44,575 nucleotides of DNA, taken from contig JBKPSC010000231.1 of assembly GCA_046734915.1 (NCBI GenBank), forward strand, positions 1-44,575, given 5' to 3'. Source of the DNA: Acidobacteriota bacterium. GTDB taxonomy: Bacteria > Acidobacteriota > Vicinamibacteria > Vicinamibacterales > CAVVIG01. This document shows positions 26,324 through 35,870 of the stretch, in pieces; position 1 is the stretch's first letter, and each line of letters starts with the position of its first letter. The position numbers were made by a program, and so were the translations under genes. The notes under the pieces are model-generated. The model saw nothing but the letters and a program-made list of their open reading frames with translations. It did not search any database and was not told the DNA's origin.

Positions 26324-29300
26324 ATGGCGCGCCTGCGTGTTTCCGGACTGCTGTTGTGTCTCGCCGTCGCCAGCGCCGCCAACGCCCAGAACACCAGCCA
26401 GGTGTTCGGCAAGGCAACCGATACCTCGGGCGCGGTCCTGCCCGGCGTAACCGTCACGCTGACGAGTCCCGCCTTGCTCGAACCGCGCGTCGCGGTCACC
26501 AGCGACACTGGAACGTACGAGTTTTCGGGCCTGCCCATCGGTGTATACGCCGTGAGGTTCGAGCTCGCCGGATTCGGGACGCTGGTCCGCGAAGGACTGC
26601 AACTGCAGGCCGGATTCAACGCCCAGGTCAACGGCGAGCTGTCGGTCGGCACCCTGCAGGAGAACGTCACGGTGACGGCGGTGAACCCGATCGTCGACGT
26701 GCGCAGCACGACCCAGGGCACCCGGTTCAACGTCGAGGAGCTGCAGGCGATTCCTTCAGCGCGGGATGTCTTTCAGGTGCTGACCCAGACTCCTGGTATC
26801 AGCTCGGACCGGCAGAACGTCGGCGGCACCCACAACGGTCAGCAAACGGGGATGTTCTCCCGGGGAGCGGCCAACGGCCAGGGGCGATGGTTCGTCGACG
26901 GCGTCGACCGCAACGACATCGCCAACGGACGTCCGTTCGTGATCGATTTCAACTCGGTCGAAGAGGTGCAGGTCTCCACCGGCGGCGCCGATGCCACGAT
27001 GCAGACGCCCGGTGTGTTCGTCAACGTCGTCACGAAGAGCGGATCCGACGCGTTTCGCGGCGCCACCTGGTTCCTGCGAACGGATCGCGCGCTGGGCTCC
27101 AACAACGTGACCGACGAGCTGCGGCGCGAGGGCGCCAACTCCGGCAATCCTTTGGTGTACACCAACGACTACGGCGGCCAGTACGGCGGCCCGATCAAAC
27201 GCGGGCGCGCCTGGTTCTGGGCCACCTACGGCATGCAGAACGTGCGGCTCGGCGTTCTCAACTATTACCAGACGACGCCTGAGTGCGCGCCAGTCAAGGC
27301 GAATCCGCTCTCCGTGTCGTTCGACGCCGTCGTCGATTGCCTCAACTTGAACAAGCAGGACGTGCCGGCGCTGGGCTCCAAGTTCAACGTGCGACCGTTC
27401 GCCGGAAACCTCATCACCGTCGCCAATTCCTTCGGCCAGCGCGTCGAAACCATCCGCGGCGCCGACGACCTCCATCCCACGTTCGAAACCACGAACAAGA
27501 TGACGTACCTCAAGCGCAGCGACAGCCGCTACGCCCTCGGGCTGCCCTGGTGGAACACCGAGATCTGGGATCCGAGCTGGAAAGTCGGCGATCAACACAG
27601 CTTCAACGATCGCTGGCTGGTCGATGTGACCTTCGGGCACCACTGCTGGTGCGATTCGATCGTGCCGCAGACCGACGAGCTCCGCCAGGTTCAGCCGATG
27701 CTCGAGCTGACGACCGGCACGTGGGGGCGGTCGTGGTCCGATTCCAGCATGATGCTGGTGACGAACAATACGCTCGAGGTCAGCACGAGCTACTTCGTGC
27801 CCGGCGCCCTTGGCGGCGACCACTCCTTCAAGGCAGCCTACAAGTACGGACATTTCGGCGAGGTGTACGACCGGACCTACAGCGGACACGGCCAGGCGGT
27901 GTTCAACACGCCGACGACGCTGCCCATCTTCAGCACGCCGTTCACGGCACGAGTGATTCGGGACTTCATCACGCCGGCATTTCTTGACCAGCACTCGACG
28001 TACTTTCAGGACACCTACACGCATAACCGGCTGACCGCGATCCTCGGTCTGCGGTGGGATCGGCAGGAAGACAAGGTGGCCGAGATCACCGTGCCGGCGC
28101 ATGCCTTTCAGGGTCAACCGACGATTGACGGGACGCCATTCAACCTGTTCCCGGCGCTCGACGTCCCCGCCGTCCGTTCCGGCGTCGTCTGGAATACCTT
28201 CGCACCCCGGGTGGGCGTGACCTACGACCTGACCGGCAATGCGACGAACGTGATCAAAGGGTCGTACGCGCTCTATTTCGATCAGCGATCGGCTGGCCAA
28301 ACGTCCAAGCCGCTCAATCCGGCCGGGTCCGCGCGGATCGACCTGGGGTGGACCGACTTGAACCGCGACACCGTGGTGCAGGTGAACGAGATCAACCAGA
28401 GCGTGATCCGATCGGTGACCGGCTTCGACCCGGCGAATCCGGCGGCGCTGGTGTCGGCCAATACCGTCGACACGAACGTCGGCGCGCCACGAACCAGCGA
28501 GATCGTCATCGGCTTCGGCAAGGAGATGCCTGGAGATTTCGGCATCAACGTCAGCTACGTGTGGCGCCACTACGATCGCTTCATCTGGAACGACACAATC
28601 GGCATATCGTCGGCGGACTACTCGCCAATCCGCTTCACGCCGCCAGCGAGCTCTTGTCCCGCTGGCGCCCGCTGCGAGGCCGTCACGTACTACGTCCCGA
28701 ACGTCACTTTGCCGAGCGCCTACAATCTGACGAATCGCCCCGACTTCACGCACGTCTATAACGGCCTGGAGCTCGTCGTCAGGAAACGATCGTCGCGCGG
28801 CTGGATGCTGAACGCGAGCTACTCCTATAACACGACCCTCGAGCACTACGATTCGGCGGCGGCGTACGAGGATCCAACCGACATCGATCATCGCGACGGA
28901 TTCCAGTACGCGCCCTCGGCCGGCCTTGGCGGCGGCGGCGGGTCCAACCTCGCCGGCATCCCGATCAACGCCAAGTGGATTGCGAAGCTGAATGGATCGT
29001 ACCGGCTGCCTTATGAGGTCAACATTGCGGCAACCGCCGACCTGCGGCAGGGCTACCCGTTCACCCAGGCCATCAACATCGCCTCGCGGCCGAACCGTGC
29101 CCCGGCAATTGCCGTGATGCTCGACCCACTCGGCGAAACGCGGTTCACCAATTTCGCGACGATGGACCTGCGGCTGGACCGGTCGTTCGTGTTCGGCGGA
29201 GTCAAGCTGCTGCCGTCGCTGGATGTCTTCAACCTGTTCAACGGGAACACGGTGATGGGGCGACGAGTCAATCAGAACGCCGTGAACGCGAACAGCGTCT

Positions 29301-29353
29301 TCGGCATTCTCGCGCCGCGCATCGCCCGGGTCGGCCTGATGGTGACGTTCTGA
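26324..29353 (+). CDS. TonB-dependent receptor-like outer-membrane protein with N-terminal carboxypeptidase regulatory-like domain (Oar-type)
   Basis: Purine-rich SD before ATG 26324, signal peptide, DTSGAVLPGVTVT, NVVTKSGSDAFRG, FAPRVGVTYDL, LDVFNLFN, C-terminal Phe (MVTF). Confidence 0.92.
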   Translation: MARLRVSGLLLCLAVASAANAQNTSQVFGKATDTSGAVLPGVTVTLTSPALLEPRVAVTSDTGTYEFSGLPIGVYAVRFELAGFGTLVREGLQLQAGFNAQVNGELSVGTLQENVTVTAVNPIVDVRSTTQGTRFNVEELQAIPSARDVFQVLTQTPGISSDRQNVGGTHNGQQTGMFSRGAANGQGRWFVDGVDRNDIANGRPFVIDFNSVEEVQVSTGGADATMQTPGVFVNVVTKSGSDAFRGATWFLRTDRALGSNNVTDELRREGANSGNPLVYTNDYGGQYGGPIKRGRAWFWATYGMQNVRLGVLNYYQTTPECAPVKANPLSVSFDAVVDCLNLNKQDVPALGSKFNVRPFAGNLITVANSFGQRVETIRGADDLHPTFETTNKMTYLKRSDSRYALGLPWWNTEIWDPSWKVGDQHSFNDRWLVDVTFGHHCWCDSIVPQTDELRQVQPMLELTTGTWGRSWSDSSMMLVTNNTLEVSTSYFVPGALGGDHSFKAAYKYGHFGEVYDRTYSGHGQAVFNTPTTLPIFSTPFTARVIRDFITPAFLDQHSTYFQDTYTHNRLTAILGLRWDRQEDKVAEITVPAHAFQGQPTIDGTPFNLFPALDVPAVRSGVVWNTFAPRVGVTYDLTGNATNVIKGSYALYFDQRSAGQTSKPLNPAGSARIDLGWTDLNRDTVVQVNEINQSVIRSVTGFDPANPAALVSANTVDTNVGAPRTSEIVIGFGKEMPGDFGINVSYVWRHYDRFIWNDTIGISSADYSPIRFTPPASSCPAGARCEAVTYYVPNVTLPSAYNLTNRPDFTHVYNGLELVVRKRSSRGWMLNASYSYNTTLEHYDSAAAYEDPTDIDHRDGFQYAPSAGLGGGGGSNLAGIPINAKWIAKLNGSYRLPYEVNIAATADLRQGYPFTQAINIASRPNRAPAIAVMLDPLGETRFTNFATMDLRLDRSFVFGGVKLLPSLDVFNLFNGNTVMGRRVNQNAVNANSVFGILAPRIARVGLMVTF

Positions 29354-29430
29354 TGGCGGGACAAGGAGCGACTCATGATCGCTGACTGACCCACACGCCA
29401 GGCGCTTAGCCTGGCACCACGTTCATTGAC

Positions 29431-29469
29431 AAGCCGTCGCGGCGAGACGCCCGACGGCTTTTGTCTTTT
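29431..29469 (+). terminator. Putative intrinsic terminator after the TonB receptor
   Basis: AAGCCGTCG-cggcgagacgcc-CGACGGCTT followed by TTGTCTTTT. Confidence 0.6.
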
Positions 29470-29481
29470 CAAGGAGCTGAC

Positions 29482-30285
29482 ATGACGGCCAACACGCCTC
29501 GTCATCCACTGACCGAAGCGCGAGTCGCCTGCACCATTCCCGGCATGGATTCGGTGACGGTTCGTCGTGACGTGCCTTATCGGGGAAGCGATGACGATTC
29601 GCTCACGATGGACTTGTACTATCCATCTGAGTCACACGAGGCACTTCCGGCCGTGCTCCTCGTCACGGGATATTCGGACCCGGGCGCGCTGCAGGTGCTC
29701 GGCGCCAGATTCAAGGAAATCGGGCCATTCGTCTCCTGGGCCCAGCTCATCGCCGCCTCGGGTCTCGTCGCCGTGACTTACACCAACAGTACGCCTGCGG
29801 ACGTGGACCATGTGTGGCGCCACCTTCAGGAACAGGGGCCCGCCCTCGGCATCGACGCGAACCGGCTCGGGGTGTGGACGTCTTCCGGACATGGACCGAA
29901 CGCGTTGTCGTTCTTGATTGAGCGCGGTGATAGCGTGCGATGCGCGGTGCTCGCCTACCCTTACACGCTCGACGATCAGGGGTCGACGCACGTCGCTGAC
30001 GCGGCGAGACAATTCCGGTTCGTGACGCCGGCGGCCGGCAAGTTCATCGACCGGCTGCCGCCGAGCGTTCCCCTGCTCGTCGTGCGAGCGGGACGGGACG
30101 AGATGCCTGGGCTCAATGCCGCCCTGGACCGATTCGTCAACGCGGCGTTGACGACGAATCTGCCGATCACCGTGATCAACCATGCGACAGGACCGCACGC
30201 ATTCGACCTCTTCGACCGGAGCCGCGCGGCGCGCGAGATCGTCGAGTACATGCTGGCGTTCCTGCGGAGTCACCTGGTCCCGTGA
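29482..30285 (+). CDS. Alpha/beta hydrolase fold protein
   Basis: SD AAGGAG and ATG 29482; LTMDLYYP, IDANRLGVWTSSGHG, RAGRD, GPHAFD. Confidence 0.82.
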   Translation: MTANTPRHPLTEARVACTIPGMDSVTVRRDVPYRGSDDDSLTMDLYYPSESHEALPAVLLVTGYSDPGALQVLGARFKEIGPFVSWAQLIAASGLVAVTYTNSTPADVDHVWRHLQEQGPALGIDANRLGVWTSSGHGPNALSFLIERGDSVRCAVLAYPYTLDDQGSTHVADAARQFRFVTPAAGKFIDRLPPSVPLLVVRAGRDEMPGLNAALDRFVNAALTTNLPITVINHATGPHAFDLFDRSRAAREIVEYMLAFLRSHLVP

Positions 30286-30293
30286 CGAGGGCG

Positions 30294-30593
30294 TCAAGGC
30301 GAGCCGGAAGCGATTCGATGCTGAATGTCGTCTGCCTTCTGACTCGCACGGAATTCGACGATGCGTACGTCGGCGAGCCCCCGGGCGCAGAATGGATCCG
30401 CGCGCATGATCGCTTCAATCTCCGCCCGACTCTTCCCCACGGCCAGGATGATTCCCCCATCACGGGGAATCTTGCGTCCCGACACGAGGAAGTGCCCCGA
30501 CGCGTAGTGCTTCTTGAGGAAGCTGACGTGCGCCCGCATGTGGGCGTCGATCTCGGCGAGCGGGACTTTGTAAATGAGCTCGATGACGAACAT
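30294..30593 (-). CDS. YciI family protein
   Basis: AHVSFL...SGRKIPRDGGIILA...ADPF. Confidence 0.9.
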   Translation of the reverse strand: MFVIELIYKVPLAEIDAHMRAHVSFLKKHYASGHFLVSGRKIPRDGGIILAVGKSRAEIEAIMRADPFCARGLADVRIVEFRASQKADDIQHRIASGSP

Positions 30594-30596
30594 AAC

Positions 30597-30697
30597 GGGC
30601 TTCGGGCTTCGGGCTTCGGGCTTCGGGCTTCGGGCTTTGGGCTCTGGCCTTAAGACTTAAGACCTAAGACTTAAGACTTAAGACCCTAAGACCCTAA
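30597..30697. repeat. Two adjacent 7-mer arrays: (GGGCTTC)x5 plus 2 degenerate copies, then ~(TTAAGAC)x6-7
   Basis: gggcttc x5 at 30597-30631; cttaagacttaagacctaagacttaagacttaagaccctaagaccctaa at 30649-30697. Confidence 0.93.
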
Positions 30698-32019
30698 AAC
30701 GTATATTCGATCCCCCAGAGCGGCGTGACCTTGTCGTGAAGGCCGCGGTCGTCGAGCCCGAACAGGACGTTGAACTGCGCGATGAGGCGATCGACTACGT
30801 TCAGCTTCATCCCCAGCGCGCCGCTCAACGTGCTGAACGACCCGCGATCGAAGGTAACGCTCCGGAACGTCGTCGATCCGTCCAAGGCATTGAAGGTGTC
30901 TGGCTTGAGCCGTTCCGCATCGATCACCCAGCGTCCCAGGAGATCGCCGACAATCGTCAGTCGCGGGATCACGCCAAGGTCGGCGCCGCCGGTGTACCCG
31001 AACTGATCGGGAAAATCAGCCGACACCCCGCGGGCTGGATCGCCGGCGAGAATGCTGGAACCGTTCCACGTGTAGCTCACGTTGAGGTGCGGCGCCAGTT
31101 TCTGGAACGTGTCTGACCAGATGAAGAACGGCTGCACGCCCGTGGTGCCGCTGCCAAGCAGGTTCATCGCATCACCGGTCGGCACTCTTACGTCGAGGCC
31201 GACGGCTACCCCGTTCGACTGCCCGCTCGCCAGCGTGCCTTTGAACCTGATCGTGATGTCGCCGACGCCCGTGGCGCCGCCGACCGCGGTGAACAAACGG
31301 CGATCGCCGACATCGCCGTTCGATTGCCGGAAGAAATGCGTCAACTCGTTGGTGGTCCCTATCCGGTGGATCGTCGCGTCGGACACGACCCGCAGGCTGG
31401 TCTCGACCACCGGCACCGCCACCGAGACGTCGAAACGATCGGTCACGCCGTAGGTGAGGAACGTCGTGGACTGATTGACTGTGGCGTTGATGTCGTTCAG
31501 GGTCGTCACGACGTCTTCGCGGCCGCCGCGCTGCGCGGCGTTGTCATGGGTGAAGACCGCCGGCACGCTGTGAAGATCGAGCCCTTCGATCGTGTCGAAC
31601 GTGAATCGCTGAACCGCGAACCCGAGCGCCAGCCGGCCGGCGCCGACGGTGTCGGCGCGCTCGGCCAGAATCGGCCCGAAGCTTTGCGTCGTGCGCTGGA
31701 AGACGCCGAGACTCGGGTCGAAGCGGTAGGTGAACCCGGACGCCGGCGACGGAAGCGGGACGCTCACGAGCTGCGCGACCAGCGCGGTGCTGAACTGGCT
31801 GAAGTTGAACTGGAAATCGCTGGTGAAGTGCGCCGTATGTGGTTGCTCGCCCGGCAGCGTGGCGAGGCTGTCGACGACGAGGCCGTTGGGGCCGTAGAGA
31901 TCGGCGAAGAGGGTTGCCAGATTGCGAACGGGCGCGGCCAGGTTGTATGGCTCCTGAGCCTCGACCGTCGCCGACACGAGCGCCACGCAGATCGCCAGCG
32001 CGGCCGTCAGGGTTCGCAT
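30694..32019 (-). CDS. Putative outer-membrane beta-barrel protein (MetA-phenol-degradation/transporter-like)
   Basis: Signal peptide, amphipathic beta strands, YGVTDRFDVSVAVP, GVGDI, VRVPTGD, C-terminal GIEYTF. Confidence 0.78.
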   Translation of the reverse strand: MRTLTAALAICVALVSATVEAQEPYNLAAPVRNLATLFADLYGPNGLVVDSLATLPGEQPHTAHFTSDFQFNFSQFSTALVAQLVSVPLPSPASGFTYRFDPSLGVFQRTTQSFGPILAERADTVGAGRLALGFAVQRFTFDTIEGLDLHSVPAVFTHDNAAQRGGREDVVTTLNDINATVNQSTTFLTYGVTDRFDVSVAVPVVETSLRVVSDATIHRIGTTNELTHFFRQSNGDVGDRRLFTAVGGATGVGDITIRFKGTLASGQSNGVAVGLDVRVPTGDAMNLLGSGTTGVQPFFIWSDTFQKLAPHLNVSYTWNGSSILAGDPARGVSADFPDQFGYTGGADLGVIPRLTIVGDLLGRWVIDAERLKPDTFNALDGSTTFRSVTFDRGSFSTLSGALGMKLNVVDRLIAQFNVLFGLDDRGLHDKVTPLWGIEYTF

Positions 32020-32041
32020 GTGTGCCTTCCGGTTCCGCGCG

Positions 32042-34069
32042 TCATCGAATCGCGACCACGACCCACCCGGTGCTCGTGCGCGTCAGCTGCAGCGTCTGGT
32101 CGCTGTCGACCGTCTGCGTCCGCCCCCCGGCCTCGATGGTGTCGCGGCGCTTGACCCGGACCGACGCCTCGTCGCCGCGGCGATCGATTGACGTAATCGT
32201 CAGCGCGACGCGTTGCGACGAGACCGCGCGAAACCCGTCCTGAAGCCGCCGCTCTTCCTCGCGCGACAGATTCGGTTTGATGGACTTGAACAGCATCAGG
32301 TCTTTGGTCTCGATCGCCCGTGCGTAGCTGGCGGTCACGCGTCGAATTGCCGCCTCGTCGTCTTCACGGTCGCGAGGCACGGCGTCTGCCGCAGCCGGCG
32401 GCAGCTCCGGAACCTGCGCGGCTGCTGGGGGCTCGTTCGGCGTCGAACTCGCCGCGCGGGACGGCGGCTGCGGCAAAGAATCAGGTGCCGTTGTCGGCGG
32501 CTGCGCCTGACTCGGTTCCAGGGCTGCGACAGGGGCGGACGGGACCGGTAGTGGTGCCGCTGCCGCCGCGTCGGCCGGTGATGGCAGCGCCTTGGGTTGT
32601 TCGGGCGGCCGGCGAGCTTCGGAGGCCGGGCGCGAGGTGCCGCCGGGCGCGGTTGGCGCGGCCGCAGGCACACGTCCGGCAAGGCGGGCCGCCGTATCGG
32701 CGACGAGCGGTGAGGCTGCGTCGATGGCCCTCGCCGTCTCGAGCGCCCGCGTCGAACCAGCGATGTCGCCCGCCGCCGCGAGGCGTCGCGCCTCGGCGAT
32801 TGCGGCGTCGAACTGGCCAAGCATTTTCACCGCCTGATCGTGAATCCTCGTCGCGGCCGGCTGGCCGGGCTCCAGAGCGAGCGCCTCTGACGCGTACGCG
32901 GCTGCGGCCCGGTAGTTCTTGGCTTCGAGGCTTGACGCCGCCAGCGCCAGGCGGTTCTCGACCGCCTGCCCCGCCGTCGCCTGATTTGGCGGCGTGTCCT
33001 GACGAACTCCGCCGACGCGAATGGCGTAGGCGCCGATCGAGACGAGAGCGATGGCGAGCACTGCTCCGGCGATCATGAGCGCCGTCGATCGCGGATGACG
33101 CGCAGGAGCCGCACTACCGTCGCTCTGCGCGGCCACGACCGCAGTCTGCGTGGTCGGCGCCACGCGCCGCGCGGCCTGACGCGCGGCCGGCATCATGACG
33201 GTCACCGCGTGCGTTCCGGCCGACTCGAGATCGCGGCGCACTCGCTTCAGGTCCGTCCGAAGATCGCCGGCCGACTGGTATCGGCGATGCCGGTCCTTTT
33301 CGAGGCAGGCCGTGATCACGTCCTCGAGGTGGGGTGGCAAGTCCGGATTCAATGACGTGGGGGCGGCCGGCGTCCGGTTCAGGATCGCCGCCAGGATGAC
33401 CGGCGATCGCTTGCCCGGGAACGGATGCTGACCGGTCGCACACTCGTACAAGACCACGCCAAGCGAGAACAGGTCGGTGCGGCCGTCGAGCTCCTCGCCC
33501 ATCGCCTGCTCGGGCGACATGTAGGCGACCGTGCCGAGCGTGATGCCTTCTGCCGTTCGATGCGCCGTATCGATCGTCGTTTCCGGATCCGTCGAGACCG
33601 GCGCCAGCTTGGCGAGGCCGAAGTCGAGAATCTTCACGCGGCCCTGGTCCGTCAGGAACACGTTGCCGGGCGTGATGTCGCGATGAATGATGCCGCCGCC
33701 GTGTGCTACGTGCAGAGCGTCGGCGACTTCGATGCCGATGTCGACGAGCTGACCAATCTCCAACGGGCCATCCGCCAGGCAATCACGGAGCGAGCGGCCC
33801 TCGAGCAGCTCCATGACGATGAACGGGTGGCCATCCACCTCGTCGATGTCGTAAATCGTGCAGATCGCGGCGTGATTCAACGCAGACGCGGCGCGGGCCT
33901 CGGCGCGCAGGCGGCGGACGGCGTCGGGCTCGTGCTTCGAATCGTCATGGAGGAATTTGAGGGCAACCGATCGCCCCAGACGGTCGTCCTCGGCGCGGTA
34001 GACGACTCCCATTCCGCCAGCGCCGAGCTGCGACTCGATTCGATAGTGCGAGACCGTCCGTCCGATCAT
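32042..34069 (-). CDS. Hanks-type Ser/Thr protein kinase with one TM helix, Pro/Ala linker and C-terminal NTF2-like domain
   Basis: MIGRTVSHYRI, LGAGGMGVVY, VALKFL, HRDITPGN, DFGLAK, GTVAYMSPEQ, DLFSLG; TM segment ALMIAGAVLAIALVSIGAY. Confidence 0.93.
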   Translation of the reverse strand: MIGRTVSHYRIESQLGAGGMGVVYRAEDDRLGRSVALKFLHDDSKHEPDAVRRLRAEARAASALNHAAICTIYDIDEVDGHPFIVMELLEGRSLRDCLADGPLEIGQLVDIGIEVADALHVAHGGGIIHRDITPGNVFLTDQGRVKILDFGLAKLAPVSTDPETTIDTAHRTAEGITLGTVAYMSPEQAMGEELDGRTDLFSLGVVLYECATGQHPFPGKRSPVILAAILNRTPAAPTSLNPDLPPHLEDVITACLEKDRHRRYQSAGDLRTDLKRVRRDLESAGTHAVTVMMPAARQAARRVAPTTQTAVVAAQSDGSAAPARHPRSTALMIAGAVLAIALVSIGAYAIRVGGVRQDTPPNQATAGQAVENRLALAASSLEAKNYRAAAAYASEALALEPGQPAATRIHDQAVKMLGQFDAAIAEARRLAAAGDIAGSTRALETARAIDAASPLVADTAARLAGRVPAAAPTAPGGTSRPASEARRPPEQPKALPSPADAAAAAPLPVPSAPVAALEPSQAQPPTTAPDSLPQPPSRAASSTPNEPPAAAQVPELPPAAADAVPRDREDDEAAIRRVTASYARAIETKDLMLFKSIKPNLSREEERRLQDGFRAVSSQRVALTITSIDRRGDEASVRVKRRDTIEAGGRTQTVDSDQTLQLTRTSTGWVVVAIR

Positions 34070-34120
34070 GATTGCTCTGGAGGACTCAACCTTTGATGAT
34101 ATCCGACCGACCGCACGCTT

Positions 34121-34153
34121 CCGGCCGAAAACTGGCCGGAAACCGGCCGGAAC
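34121..34153. repeat. Three 11-bp direct repeats in the divergent kinase/GNAT promoter region
   Basis: CCGGCCGAAAA / CTGGCCGGAAA / CCGGCCGGAAC. Confidence 0.6.
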
Positions 34154-34233
34154 GCCGGCGGCGGACGACGGCCGTGCTGGTCTGGCGCGCTCCACGAAGG
34201 GACGCCTCGCTCCCGTCGACGTCAGGGTGACAG

Positions 34234-34815
34234 ATGAAGTTCGCGATCAGGCCGTTGACCCCTGCCTTGTGGCCGAGCCTAGTGGATCTCTTCGGCGCAC
34301 GCGGAGCCTGCAACGGCTGCTGGTGCATGTACTGGCGGATAGGCAGCCGTTATCGACAACGGCGGGCGGCAGAGAACAAGGCCGCGTTCGGAAGGATCGT
34401 CGCAAATGGGCCTCCGCCTGGCTTGATCGCGTTCCACGGCAACGTCGCAGTCGGGTGGTGTCAGCTGACACCGCGTCACGAGCTGCCGTGGCTCGATCGC
34501 ACGTGGCGGCTCAGACGCGTAGACGAGGAGCCGGTGTGGGCGCTGTCGTGTCTCTACGTTCGGAAGGGCTACCGCCGGCTGGGCATCACATCGGCACTGA
34601 TTCGTGAGGCGGTGAATGCCGCGCGGCGAGCCGGAGCACCGGCGCTCGAGGCGTACCCGTTCGATGCGGATGTCTCACCGAGCGCGACGGGCACGGGTTA
34701 CGCGTCGACGTTCGCGCGACTGGGATTCGAGACGGTGGCGCGCCGCGTACCGGCCCGTCCGATCATGCGGTTCGATCTGCGGCTGGCGAGCCGGTTGCGG
34801 AGGAAGCGCCGGTGA
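34234..34815 (+). CDS. GNAT family N-acetyltransferase
   Basis: GCWCMYWR, VGWCQLTPR, acetyl-CoA motif YVRKGYRRLGITSAL, LEAYP, FARLGF. Confidence 0.9.
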   Translation: MKFAIRPLTPALWPSLVDLFGARGACNGCWCMYWRIGSRYRQRRAAENKAAFGRIVANGPPPGLIAFHGNVAVGWCQLTPRHELPWLDRTWRLRRVDEEPVWALSCLYVRKGYRRLGITSALIREAVNAARRAGAPALEAYPFDADVSPSATGTGYASTFARLGFETVARRVPARPIMRFDLRLASRLRRKRR

Positions 34816-35036
34816 AGGCAGCCCGATGGCCCACATTCAACTTCGCGGAAACGATCGAGCTGAACATTGTCGTGGTCTTGTCCTTGCCCACCTGCCCAAC
34901 CTGTAAATTGCCTGAGCCTTGGTGTAACTGAAGGTGCCGACGGTAATCGTTTCGAGGCCATCTCGTACGGAGGCGCCGATCGTGAGGCGGGTTGGAACGG
35001 CGCTTGCCAGACGTTGCCGGTGAGAAAAGCACGAAA

Positions 35037-35738
35037 ATGCGCGTTCTGGTCATCGACATCGGGGGATCGCACACCAAGCTCGCCATTGGCGAATCTGACG
35101 AGCGCGCAGAGATCGACTCGACCGAGGGAATGTCTCCACAATCGCTGTTCCCACGAATACATGCCGCCACCGATCACTGGGAGTACGAGGTCGTTTCGAT
35201 TGGCTATCCTGGCCGCGTTGGGCCAGATGGCCCCACGAAGGAGCCGGGCAATCTGGGTAACGGCTGGGTGGGTTTCAACTTCGAGGCGGCGCTGGGCAAA
35301 TCGGTGCGAGTCGTCAACGACGCAGTGCTGCAGGCGCTTGGCGCCTACCACGACGGCCGGATGCTCTTTCTCGGATTGGGCACAGGCCTCGGATCGGCTC
35401 TCGTCAGCGAACGCGTCGTCGTGCCGCTCGAACTCGGTGAGCTGCCGTACGAGAGCGGCCACACGCTTTTCGAGATTCTCGGACAGGAGGGATTCGAACG
35501 CCTCGGCGAGTCAGTGTGGCAGCAGTTCGTTCGTGAGGTCACGGTCGCGTTGCGCGAGGTGTTCCTGGCAGATTACGTGGTGCTCGGCGGCGGACGCGCA
35601 TCGCTCGTCGATCCGCTGCCGCCTCACACCCGGCGTGGCAGCAATGACGATGCGATCAAAGGCGGCACGCGGCTTTGGCGGGAGATGGTCGAACCACACG
35701 ATCGCCGGCCGTCGCCTTTCTGGCGAGTCGTCGTCTAA
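35037..35738 (+). CDS. ROK family sugar kinase (polyphosphate glucokinase-like)
   Basis: IDIGGSHTK, SIGYPG, VNDAVLQALG, LGLGTGLGSA, LELGELPY, VVLGGG. Confidence 0.88.
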   Translation: MRVLVIDIGGSHTKLAIGESDERAEIDSTEGMSPQSLFPRIHAATDHWEYEVVSIGYPGRVGPDGPTKEPGNLGNGWVGFNFEAALGKSVRVVNDAVLQALGAYHDGRMLFLGLGTGLGSALVSERVVVPLELGELPYESGHTLFEILGQEGFERLGESVWQQFVREVTVALREVFLADYVVLGGGRASLVDPLPPHTRRGSNDDAIKGGTRLWREMVEPHDRRPSPFWRVVV

Positions 35739-35870
35739 ATCATTGGCGCAAAGAGCAACCTGGCTGCCACTCAGAGACACGGTCGGGATTTAACCTCGTG
35801 CAAACAAACATCAATGATATGGCCCGGAGCCGGCTGAAGGCGCGGGTCTTGCACCGACCGCTGTGACACG

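Noticed and set aside
26756-28891. 711-aa minus-strand ORF
   Set aside because: Antisense shadow of the TonB-dependent receptor; no recognisable domain.
5746-30697. Short repeat arrays as CRISPR arrays
   Set aside because: Units are 7-8 nt and contiguous, with no unique spacers and no cas operon. The only PD-(D/E)xK Fe-S nuclease is the AddB-like C-terminus, not a stand-alone Cas4.
34816-35036. Possible small gene between GNAT and the ROK kinase (a frame containing CPTC)
   Set aside because: Only one CxxC before a stop, with no convincing start or RBS; could be a remnant but cannot be supported.
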